Assembly: GCA_963662465.1 (NCBI GenBank)
Contig: OY759599.1
Span: 7,808,001-7,872,000 of the forward strand
Origin: Desulfatiglandales bacterium
GTDB lineage: Bacteria; Desulfobacterota; DSM-4660; Desulfatiglandales; Desulfatiglandaceae
Direction: 5' to 3'
Length of the DNA: 64,000 nt
The position numbers and the translations under genes were made by a program. Position 1 is the first letter of the stretch. Each line of letters starts with the position of its first letter. Positions 31,002-39,424 of the stretch are shown piece after piece. Below the pieces are notes generated by a model. It worked only from the letters and a program-made list of their open reading frames with translations, was not told the origin of the DNA and did not search any database.

Positions 31002-31775
31002 ATGCCGATGTCAATGCAGGAAATAGAGAAAAGTCTAGGAACGCTACGTTTAAGCGGTATGCGAGCAACATTAGAAACCCGAGTGATACAGGCAAATCAA
31101 GGAGAATCTTCTTTCCTGGAAGTCTTTTCATGCCTGCTTCAGGATGAGTTAGATTACAGGCGGTCGTGCCTGATAGAACGTAGATTTAATGCTTCCGGTC
31201 TTCGTGAGAGAAAAACATTGACTGAGTTTGATTGGGGCTTTAATCCAAGACTTCCAAAAAAGGAAATTTTTGAACTGGTGACCATCAAATTTATACACAA
31301 CGGTGAAGACGCACTCCTGATCGGTTCTCCCGGGACTGGGAAAAGCCATATCGTTAAAACAATTGCTCATGCTGCAACACAGGCATGCCATCAGGTTGTT
31401 TATCGTGAGGCCCATACTTTCTTTGAAGATGTCTTCGAAGCAGCCCAAACAGGGAAGACAAAAAAAATAACAAAGCTTTTTTCAGAAGCAGACTTGCTAA
31501 TAATAGATGATCTTTTCCTGAGAAAAAGGGTCCCTGAACATGCGGCAGATGATCTTCTTGATATCATACTGAATCGTTATTCCAAAAGAAAAAGTACACT
31601 CATAACATCAAACCGTCCGGTGGAGGACTGGGGTAAACTGCTCAGAGACAATGCCGCATCCTCTGCGATCCTTGACAGGTTGCTCCACCGAGGCCATTTG
31701 CTCAAATTTGAAGGAAAAAGCTACAGGCTAAAGGAGGCTGCAGAAAAACTTGCCATAGGGAAGAAAAAAGAATAA
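31002..31775 (+). CDS. istB: IS21 helper ATPase IstB
   Basis: EFDWGFNP, GSPGTGKSH, LLIIDD, TSNRPVEDW, AILDRLLH, GKSYRL; AAGGAG RBS. Confidence 0.95.
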   Translation: MPMSMQEIEKSLGTLRLSGMRATLETRVIQANQGESSFLEVFSCLLQDELDYRRSCLIERRFNASGLRERKTLTEFDWGFNPRLPKKEIFELVTIKFIHNGEDALLIGSPGTGKSHIVKTIAHAATQACHQVVYREAHTFFEDVFEAAQTGKTKKITKLFSEADLLIIDDLFLRKRVPEHAADDLLDIILNRYSKRKSTLITSNRPVEDWGKLLRDNAASSAILDRLLHRGHLLKFEGKSYRLKEAAEKLAIGKKKE

Positions 31776-33362
31776 AGTGTAACCGTTCTGTCGCTGAAGA
31801 TCTTTCCAATGCCACGGTCAAGATCCTACATGGCCACCTTCACAGGTGGGGGATTTTGGGGTGGCCACAAGTGGGGGATTTTGAAGTGGCCATCCGGGTC
31901 AAGAACAATAAAATCACAAGATAAGTACTTCAAACAAGGCCTAGCCTTCAGCTACATTGGTACTAATGGCTTTCTATGTCGTCTGCGAAAATTCAAATCT
32001 ATCTTTGACGTCTCAGGTTCTTCTATTTTCTGTGATAACCCTGAAAAAATGCAGGTGATTCTCAGTTCTAACTTATCAGGTTATGTCTCACAATCTCTCA
32101 ACCCTACTGTCAATAATCAGGTAGGGGATATTGAGAACCTCCCCGTCCTGGACCAACTTTCAGACTACACCATCTACCTCAAACGAGCAGAAACCCTGTA
32201 TGACCAATTATTTGCCTCCACAGAATCCAACCTGGAATATACATATCAGCACCTGAGCTCAGAAAAGTTTGAAGTGGAAGAGGCTCGCATACGGGATGAG
32301 ATTGATAAGGAACTGCTACAGCATTTTTCCCCGGATAGCGTCCAGGCAATTTATCAAGAGATCGGAGAATCTGCCTTTGATCTCCCTAAATGGGATGGCC
32401 AACAAGAATCAATCCCCCAAGACTTTATAGAAGCCTATCAAGCTGGGGAATCTCTTCTGGCCTTAAGCCGTAAGTATCGCCTTCACCCTGACAGCCTGTT
32501 GAAAATCAAAGAGAAGCTGGGCCTCATCCACGAAGGTCAGCGAAAAGACGAGGCATTTAAAAACCTCTCCTGGGCCATGGGGGTTCTGTTGGGCCGGTTT
32601 GATGCTCAGACTGGAGGCTTGGTGGATCTGGCTGATCAGCGAAGAAAGGAACAGAACATTTCTAAAGATCCCGAAGCGCCACAGGGGCATGGCCATGGCC
32701 TCCTTTATCTATCTGCACTGGATGACCATGAAGGCTTAAATCGTGAAGAGCAACCCAATGTTGGGAAGGCATGTTTGCAGACCTTGAAAGCGATTCTCCA
32801 ATACAAATGGGGCGCTAAAAAATGTACTGAACTCTGGGACGAGATTCAGAATGCCCTTGTGTTGGACTGCCGCACGGACTGGACACCTTCCCAAGGAATC
32901 TACAGGCACTGAGTCCTCCGGAAACGAAAAAACCCTCCATTCTACTCCGTTTTTACTCCCTTTTGGCTGATGTGCCGGCACTTCGGAACGCATATGATCC
33001 AATGCAACGATTGTGCACCGCATACTCCCCCAGCATAAAAGAAAGGGAAACCTCAACCATGTCTGATCCACAGCAAAAGGAGCATCTGCACCCCTAGGAA
33101 GCCGCGAACTATCGCATAGAGGTGGAAGGGTTGCTGGAAGAAAGCGGGTCGGATCGTTTTCCGGGGATGCAAATCCGTTCCCGGAAAAGGGCGGATGGCT
33201 GCCCGGTCGTCTCATGGATCAATCGCAATTATCAGGGGTGTTGAACGGTCTTACGGAACTGAATTTGCCCATCTTGAAGGTTGAAAATATTGATGAAGAG
33301 TTCGGTCCCGAGGTCCTTCTGAATAACGGTTAGTTTTCTTTCAATCCAAAAGGAGGAGCAAA

Positions 33363-34265
33363 ATGAAAAAACTGTATGGAAGAACCCTCTGGGTCTTAAT
33401 GCTCCTGATCCCACTCATAATTTTTAAAGAAACCCCGCATGTTCCGGGAGAAATAAAAATGAGACCACACCGAAGATTTTTACGGATATTCCGTCTGACC
33501 CTCTTTTGTCTCATTCCGGGCGTCTTCTCCGGGTGCGCCCTGGTGGGTCCCAGCTCCATCAGCATGGGACGGGCCGACTACAATGAAGCCATCAACAAAA
33601 CCGAAGACGAGCAGATGCTCCTCTCCCTGGTCAAGGGGCGCTACGGGGAGATCTTTTCGCTTTTGTCCGTTACCGGCGTGGCCGCCAACGTCCGTTTCGG
33701 CTCCAGTGCCGCCGTTCAAGCCGAATTCGGCCCAGCGCAGAATTATTTGGGTGAACTCGTCCCTTTCAGCGCCGGCCTGGCTTACGAGGAGAACCCCACC
33801 ATCACCTATGCGCCGCACTACACGGAACCGGTCCGCGAATATCTGGATCTGCTGGGGCTTTCCATGCCGCCGAATGAATCGGCGGATATTGTCATTCCGG
33901 TCTATTTTTCCGTCAAAGGAAAGCACTTAGACGGCGTTGCCATTACCACCCGTTCCACATACGACCTGATCGAGATCCTTCGGGAATCCATTGATGTGCC
34001 CAAGGCGCACCTTTCCGCGGGCCTGGCAACCGATGGCCGGCCCCCCGGCCTGGCCGGAAATGACATCCGCATCCATTCGTCCAAAGAGAAACCCAGGGGG
34101 ACGGCCATATCCGTAACATACCGGGGATACTGGTACTTTATCCATGATACCGATACGCCCACCAAACGTTTCTACGACATGGTCCGTACCCTGTGGTCCG
34201 TCAGTATCGCCTCGGCCGCCGATCAGAGGGCCGCGCCCGTGCTGACCCTTCCGGTGAGTAACTAA
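33363..34265 (+). CDS. Putative lipoprotein, possibly internally deleted
   Basis: Lipobox-like FSGC (true start may be the later MRPHRR); EQMLLSLV..RY, ENPTITY.P, YRGYWYFI.D.D. Confidence 0.55.
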   Translation: MKKLYGRTLWVLMLLIPLIIFKETPHVPGEIKMRPHRRFLRIFRLTLFCLIPGVFSGCALVGPSSISMGRADYNEAINKTEDEQMLLSLVKGRYGEIFSLLSVTGVAANVRFGSSAAVQAEFGPAQNYLGELVPFSAGLAYEENPTITYAPHYTEPVREYLDLLGLSMPPNESADIVIPVYFSVKGKHLDGVAITTRSTYDLIEILRESIDVPKAHLSAGLATDGRPPGLAGNDIRIHSSKEKPRGTAISVTYRGYWYFIHDTDTPTKRFYDMVRTLWSVSIASAADQRAAPVLTLPVSN

Positions 34266-35728
34266 TGTCTCTTTCAAAAAAAATATTCGGGCTGATGCTG
34301 GCGGTAATGGTCCTTTGTAGCGGAAGCCCACTGTGGGCCCAGGAGCCGAACCCGGTGAATCAAAAAACCGGTGCATCAAAAGAACAGACCCCTTCGGCAC
34401 CGGACCTGGCCAAAATCGTTCCACTGGCAACCGCATTGAACAGCCGCCTGGCGGACCTTGAAAACCAGATCAAGGATGGGCCGGATCTCTCCGACGCGAA
34501 AGAGCGGTACGAGAGAATCGACGCGGACGTTGAGGTTTCCCACCGGGAACTGAACCGGCTCAAGGAGACGGAAGACTACCGGTTCAACCGGCTTTTGGAA
34601 ATCAAGCAGGCCGTCGAACAGGAGAACCAGGCGTTTGAAAAGACCGGCATGCCCATCAGCCGGGCCATTCACGCCCTCGGTACCTGGCGCAAAAAGTGGC
34701 TGAAAGAAAAGGAACAGTGGCAGCAATGGGAGGCTTCCCTTCTGGCCGAGGGGGAATTCGTTCAACTCCGGTCGACGTTTCAACAGGCCCGTGACACCAT
34801 TGAAACCGCGCTTCAACGCATCCTCCGCCAGCTGGAAACCCTGCTTGCCTTTCAGGAAGAGGCCGGTCAAATCCAGGTGAAGTTGAACGCCCTTGAAAGC
34901 GCAGTGGCGGGCTTGCTCACGGAAATACGGCGGGGCGCCTTAATCAGTGCCTCACTGCCCATGCTCTCCTTCGACTATGTTTCCCGGTTGAAAACCGAAA
35001 TCAAAACCGTCCTGAACCACGGCTTTGAGCCCATTGCCTGGCCGGACAGGCAACGCCTTGTGAGAAATAATGGAATACTGCTGATACAACTCCTTCTTTC
35101 CCTTTTCATGGTCATAGCCGTATATGGGAACCGCCGGTCCCTTTCTGAATCCACCCGCTGGTCCTTTATGGCCAAGAGGCCCTTTTCAACCGGTTTCTTC
35201 CTGGGCGGCATGGCGATCATGCTGCTGCAGGAATATGAAGGCGCACCGTCCCTGTGGAAACTGATGACCATGATTATTTTCGTGCTCTCCTTTGCGCGGC
35301 TTGCGGGGGCCCTCGTGGATGTATCCTGGAAAAGGGCGTCCGTTTACGGGCTGATGACCGTTTTGGCGCTCTTCCGTCTCATGGAGGTGTTCGCCCTTCC
35401 CCTGCCCATCTTCCGACTTTATATGGTTTTGGCGGCGCTTGCGGGTCTTCTGTTATGCATGCGGTGGGGCAGGGAGAGCAAAACCGGTGACGCGTCCCGC
35501 CTCTGGACCCTGATTCTTCAACTGGCGGCTGCTTTTTTTGCGGTCGTTATCGTTTTGCAGCTTTGGGGAAAAGCGTCCCTGGGGCGGTTTATGTTTGTCT
35601 CTTTCATGGATTCCACGGCAACGGTTCTTGTTTTCATGCTCCTTTTGTACATGATTCACGGGGGCCTGGAATGGTTGTTTCGCATTTCTTTTTTCACAAA
35701 GGCGGCCCACCGTTTCAAGCGTGAGTGA
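34265..35728 (+). pseudogene. N-terminal part of a large mechanosensitive-channel-like (MscS/MscK) membrane protein
   Basis: Signal peptide, long coiled coil, about 7 TMs, abrupt end; no MscS core seen. Confidence 0.45.
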
Positions 35729-35797
35729 TAGCATTCAAGCGCTGGAACGCTTTGAATCGACACCCAAACAATTCGATCTGGTGATCACCGACCTGCC

Positions 35798-36001
35798 ATG
35801 ACCTTTGTGGTCCCCCTGTGCGTCGGCATTGTAGAACGTCGTGGCGGGATGCTCATCCACGGGGCCATCATTGCCCGAGAGTACGGTCTGCCGTGCGTTA
35901 CAGGAGTGCCTGACGCAACGATCCTGATTCACACCGGCGATGAGATCACCGTGGACGGCTACCTGGGAATCGTCATCGTCGGGTCTGAAGCACTGCTGTA
36001 G
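35798..36001 (+). pseudogene. PEP-utilising enzyme mobile (His) domain fragment
   Basis: GGMLIHGAIIAREYGLPCVTGV..GDEITVDG..GIV. Confidence 0.8.
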
Positions 36002-36066
36002 GTTACTCACGTTCCGTCGTGGCCGTGGGTTTGAACAATCTTTTCATATCTCGAGTAATTAATTGC

Positions 36067-36240
36067 TCAAGCTTCCAGTTGATAATCCCCTTCCTTTGCC
36101 GGTTTCTCTCCCCGCTGAACTGCATAGCTGGCGGCAGCAGGCGTTAAATCAAATCTTCCCGCCAAATCCACCATGGGCATTCCCGATTCCACCGCAGCCC
36201 AATAGCAGAGAGAATCCTTCGTCCGGACCCGATCCTTTTG
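36067..36240 (-). pseudogene. C-terminal HTH fragment of a RAYT-like Y1 transposase
   Basis: LCYWAAVESGMPMVDLAGRFDLTPAAASYAVQRGEK; parallels the tail of the RAYT at 47.4 kb. Confidence 0.6.
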
Positions 36241-36278
36241 CCCTGTCAGATCAGAATGCCCCCCAATGCAATTCATCG

Positions 36279-38264
36279 TTACAGCCCGGGCAGCGTTACA
36301 GTGAACCGGGCGCCCGGGCCCATGTTTTCTACGGTTATGGTCCCTTTCAGGATTTCCTCTATAAGTCTTTTGGCGATATTCAGGCCCATACCCATATGAT
36401 TTTTGCCTTTGTCGCTTACAAAACTTTCAAAGATCCTTTCTGCCGGCTTCAAGGTTATTCCCCCGCCATTATCTGAAACAATGAGCCTTATGCTGTTCCC
36501 GTCTTTTCGAAGATCAAAAATCAGGCGAGGATTCTCTGTGCGGCGACTTTCAAAAGTGTCCAGCGCGTTCACTGCAATCACCAGGAGTGCGTGAGCCAGG
36601 ACCGAAGGACGGGCAGTCAAAAAGATCTGCTCATCCGTCCCGGGCATGATTACCTGTACGTTCAACTGATGGATCCTTCCTCCCGCCATCTCCAGCACCT
36701 GATTCAATACAACCAGCGGATCAAATCTCTCCCTATTCCCGGATCCCGAAAAAAACTGGCTGAAATCATCCACGACATTTATCAGATGATCCATATTGCG
36801 GTTCATTGAAGGCAGGAGCTCTTCTTTAATAAGGGCCAATCTACTTTCAGAAATGGTGCCGTGCTGAAAATAGGCATTGAGTTCTGCTAATTCCGTGCCC
36901 AGACGGGCCAGCGGCGTACGCCATTGATGGACAACCATTCCGATAATCCGGCCCACAGCAGCAAAACGGGACTGTTCCATGGTGGCCTGGCGCTCTGCCT
37001 CCAGCTCTTTTCGGGACTGTCCGGTGATTCTGTTCAGGGAAATTCCCACAATGATTACATGCGCCGCGATAATCCATGGGTATATGAGCAGAATGAAGGA
37101 AAAATGTCCAATGAAGCTTCCAAGACAGGCAAGTACCAACAGGACCGCCAAATTGAACAGGACTGCGTGTCCCATGAGATACAGCCAGCCGTTCATCCGT
37201 CTCTGCCATACGCCCACCACTCCCGCCCAGATAGAAATGGCGCACACCAGCAGCACACAGAGTATCCAGAAGGGGCTTAGCCTGAATACAAAGGGCACCC
37301 ACGGACCGATAAGATAGGAACAAAGGGATATGGTGAGCAGGATCTGAAGGATATTCAGACAGACGTTCGTTAACGGCATGGTTGTTCGTGTCTTCAGGAA
37401 GAATTTGGTAAAAGGAATCCAGAAAAGAACCGAACCAATGGGAAAGAAAAAGCTGCCGGTAAACCAGAGAACAGGAGGCAGGCCAAAGCTCACGATTCGG
37501 TTCAGGCCGTTCAGCGACACAACCGTCAGGGTGAAGAACAGGGAGTAACCGGCCAACAGCCCGAAACGGGGCTGCCTTTGAACGACCCACGAGATCAGAC
37601 CTGCAGTGATCAAGGCCAACATGATTCCCAGGTTCAGTCCCAAAGTGAGGATCTCTAATCTGCTGCGGCGGCTGAACTCGGACACCGTGGCTGCCTCCCA
37701 GCCCAGTTCCAGGCCCCCGGAGGTGCGCAGGCGGGTAAGGATGGTTCGCTTGGCACCCGGCGGCAGTTCCAGGAGAAAGGAGTTCAGGCGGCTGGCAATA
37801 AGATTTTCATCTCCGGCGTCTTGAACCATGAAGCCGAGCCGGATTTCGTTAACGGGCAGACCTTTCTCCACCACGGTTACATCCAAGTAGTTGACCATGG
37901 GCCGCTGGTTGAAGAGCAACACCGAACGAGTCGTGGAAGACGTATTCTCCACCCGCAGGCGGGTCCAGACTGGAATAGCACCATACTCCAGTCCTGGCCG
38001 GCTTATCCCCATCCATTGGTCACTAGCCAGGGCGGTTCGCCAGGTCAGTTTGGCATCGGGATCCGGCAGATACACCATCCAGGGGACAAGAGATTGCGTC
38101 CCACACAGCTCTGCGAGATCAAAGCATCTTTCATTGGGCTTTTCAGAGAGGGCAGCCGCCGGAAGGAATGGATGGAACAGGCTCAAGGCCAGAAGAATCC
38201 AAAAGGGAAAAGTTCGAATGCTTCTAAAGTACACGCTATTCAATATCCTGTAAAGACCTCCCAC
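36279..38264 (-). CDS. 7TM-DISM sensor histidine kinase
   Basis: Periplasmic domain, 7 TMs, HQWRTPL H-box, NALD, DNGGG, GMGL. Confidence 0.88.
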   Translation of the reverse strand: MGGLYRILNSVYFRSIRTFPFWILLALSLFHPFLPAAALSEKPNERCFDLAELCGTQSLVPWMVYLPDPDAKLTWRTALASDQWMGISRPGLEYGAIPVWTRLRVENTSSTTRSVLLFNQRPMVNYLDVTVVEKGLPVNEIRLGFMVQDAGDENLIASRLNSFLLELPPGAKRTILTRLRTSGGLELGWEAATVSEFSRRSRLEILTLGLNLGIMLALITAGLISWVVQRQPRFGLLAGYSLFFTLTVVSLNGLNRIVSFGLPPVLWFTGSFFFPIGSVLFWIPFTKFFLKTRTTMPLTNVCLNILQILLTISLCSYLIGPWVPFVFRLSPFWILCVLLVCAISIWAGVVGVWQRRMNGWLYLMGHAVLFNLAVLLVLACLGSFIGHFSFILLIYPWIIAAHVIIVGISLNRITGQSRKELEAERQATMEQSRFAAVGRIIGMVVHQWRTPLARLGTELAELNAYFQHGTISESRLALIKEELLPSMNRNMDHLINVVDDFSQFFSGSGNRERFDPLVVLNQVLEMAGGRIHQLNVQVIMPGTDEQIFLTARPSVLAHALLVIAVNALDTFESRRTENPRLIFDLRKDGNSIRLIVSDNGGGITLKPAERIFESFVSDKGKNHMGMGLNIAKRLIEEILKGTITVENMGPGARFTVTLPGL

Positions 38265-38445
38265 GGCCCTTTATGTTGAAGGTCTTCATGGATTATGCAA
38301 ATCCTTGCCCACAGAGCAGGATCACAGAAACCCGAAACCTCAAAGCGATAGCTCACCAGCATCCGCCTTTCAGCTTTCAGCCTTCAGCTTCGAGCCAAGG
38401 GACGACGTTGGGTTGCGGGTACGTCCCGCCTTAGTGCTTTTCCCT

Positions 38446-39156
38446 TTACCTCAGCATATATCCCATGTCCCTGGAGCTGAATACGGCCTCCGAACCGATC
38501 TTGGTCCTGAGGCGCCAGACCAGATTGCGCAGGGCCTGGGGGGTAAAATCCCTTTCCACGCTCATGGCAAGGCAGATCTGCACCGGTTCAATGATGCTTC
38601 CCCTGCGCGCAAGCAGGATTTCCAAAAAACGCCGCTCATTACGTGTAAAACGATGAATCTGTCCATCTCTGACTGCCGTTCCGGTTGCCACATTAAGCAG
38701 CGTACCGCCCGCAAGATGCACGTACAGACGGTTCCGCCCTTCCATTTGTTTCAAACACCCCTTCAAGGCCTTTTCGAGCGAGGGCACGCTCACGGGCTTG
38801 AGCAGGTAGTCCATGAGCCTGAGCTGAACCGCGGCCTGCATGTAGGAAAAATCGTTGTGGCACGTCAGAATGATGATGGGCAGGTCAGGGTCCTCTTCCC
38901 TGATGGCTTCAGCCACCTCCAGGCCGCTCAAATTCGGCATGGTGATGTCCAGGATGGCCATATGAGGTGCATGCGCCTCGAAAAGTTTCAGTGCCTGTCT
39001 GCCGTCTTCGGCCGGCAGCACTTTCCGAAAAAACAAGCCCAGGGTCCTGGTGAGGGATTGGCGCATGGCCCCATCGTCCTCGGCCAGAAGGACGCTCATG
39101 TCGCGCAAGGAACCCAGAGAGGAAGCGGTCACTTCATCAATCTCCCTGTTTCGCAA
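38446..39156 (-). CDS. OmpR-type response regulator
   Basis: LLAEDD, LDITMP, YLLKP, winged-helix tail (LVWRLRTK, GY). Confidence 0.9.
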   Translation of the reverse strand: MRNREIDEVTASSLGSLRDMSVLLAEDDGAMRQSLTRTLGLFFRKVLPAEDGRQALKLFEAHAPHMAILDITMPNLSGLEVAEAIREEDPDLPIIILTCHNDFSYMQAAVQLRLMDYLLKPVSVPSLEKALKGCLKQMEGRNRLYVHLAGGTLLNVATGTAVRDGQIHRFTRNERRFLEILLARRGSIIEPVQICLAMSVERDFTPQALRNLVWRLRTKIGSEAVFSSRDMGYMLR

Positions 39157-39296
39157 AAGGAATTTTTACAAGCCATATCATATGCATCGAGCGGTCGAAT
39201 ATATATGGAGAATTGCGTCCGGTCAATCGGAACATGGTCATAAAAGGATAATACTTGAAATCGGTTCTGAAAAAAATCCCTAAATTTTTTTCATTT

Positions 39297-39313
39297 TGGG
39301 ACGATCATGGGAT
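39297..39313 (+). promoter_or_regulatory. Possible OmpR-type direct-repeat box
   Basis: TGGGAC-N5-TGGGAT, 11-bp period, in the divergent intergenic region. Confidence 0.35.
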
Positions 39314-39424
39314 TTAGGGGTTGTATGATGGCTGCAGGTATGGCTGTTTAAAGTTACATACGGATCGTATACAAAAACTCTATGACGGCATTTGTCTTAA
39401 CAGAACAAAGGGAGGGAGTTTAGC

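Larger units (their letters stand above)
27546..31898 (+). mobile_element. IS21-family element (about 4.35 kb) carrying a primase module
   Basis: Ends made of inverted repeated units (ggccac..aaaatcccccac / gtgggggatttt..gtggcc); TCAAGA duplicated at 27540-27545 and 31899-31904; istA and istB inside; end positions +/-1 bp. Confidence 0.92.
25164..32912 (+). pseudogene. pglX: BREX PglX adenine methyltransferase, IS21-interrupted and apparently 3'-truncated
   Basis: LGWLYQFW, TQLFTERYMV, LDPAMGSGHFL, VANPPY; excising the IS restores GSASR|TIKSQDKYF in frame. Confidence 0.88.

Noticed and set aside
31809..31904. ORF-track start for a separate 367-aa gene
   Set aside because: The N-terminus is translated IS21 right end; the rest is the pglX 3' part
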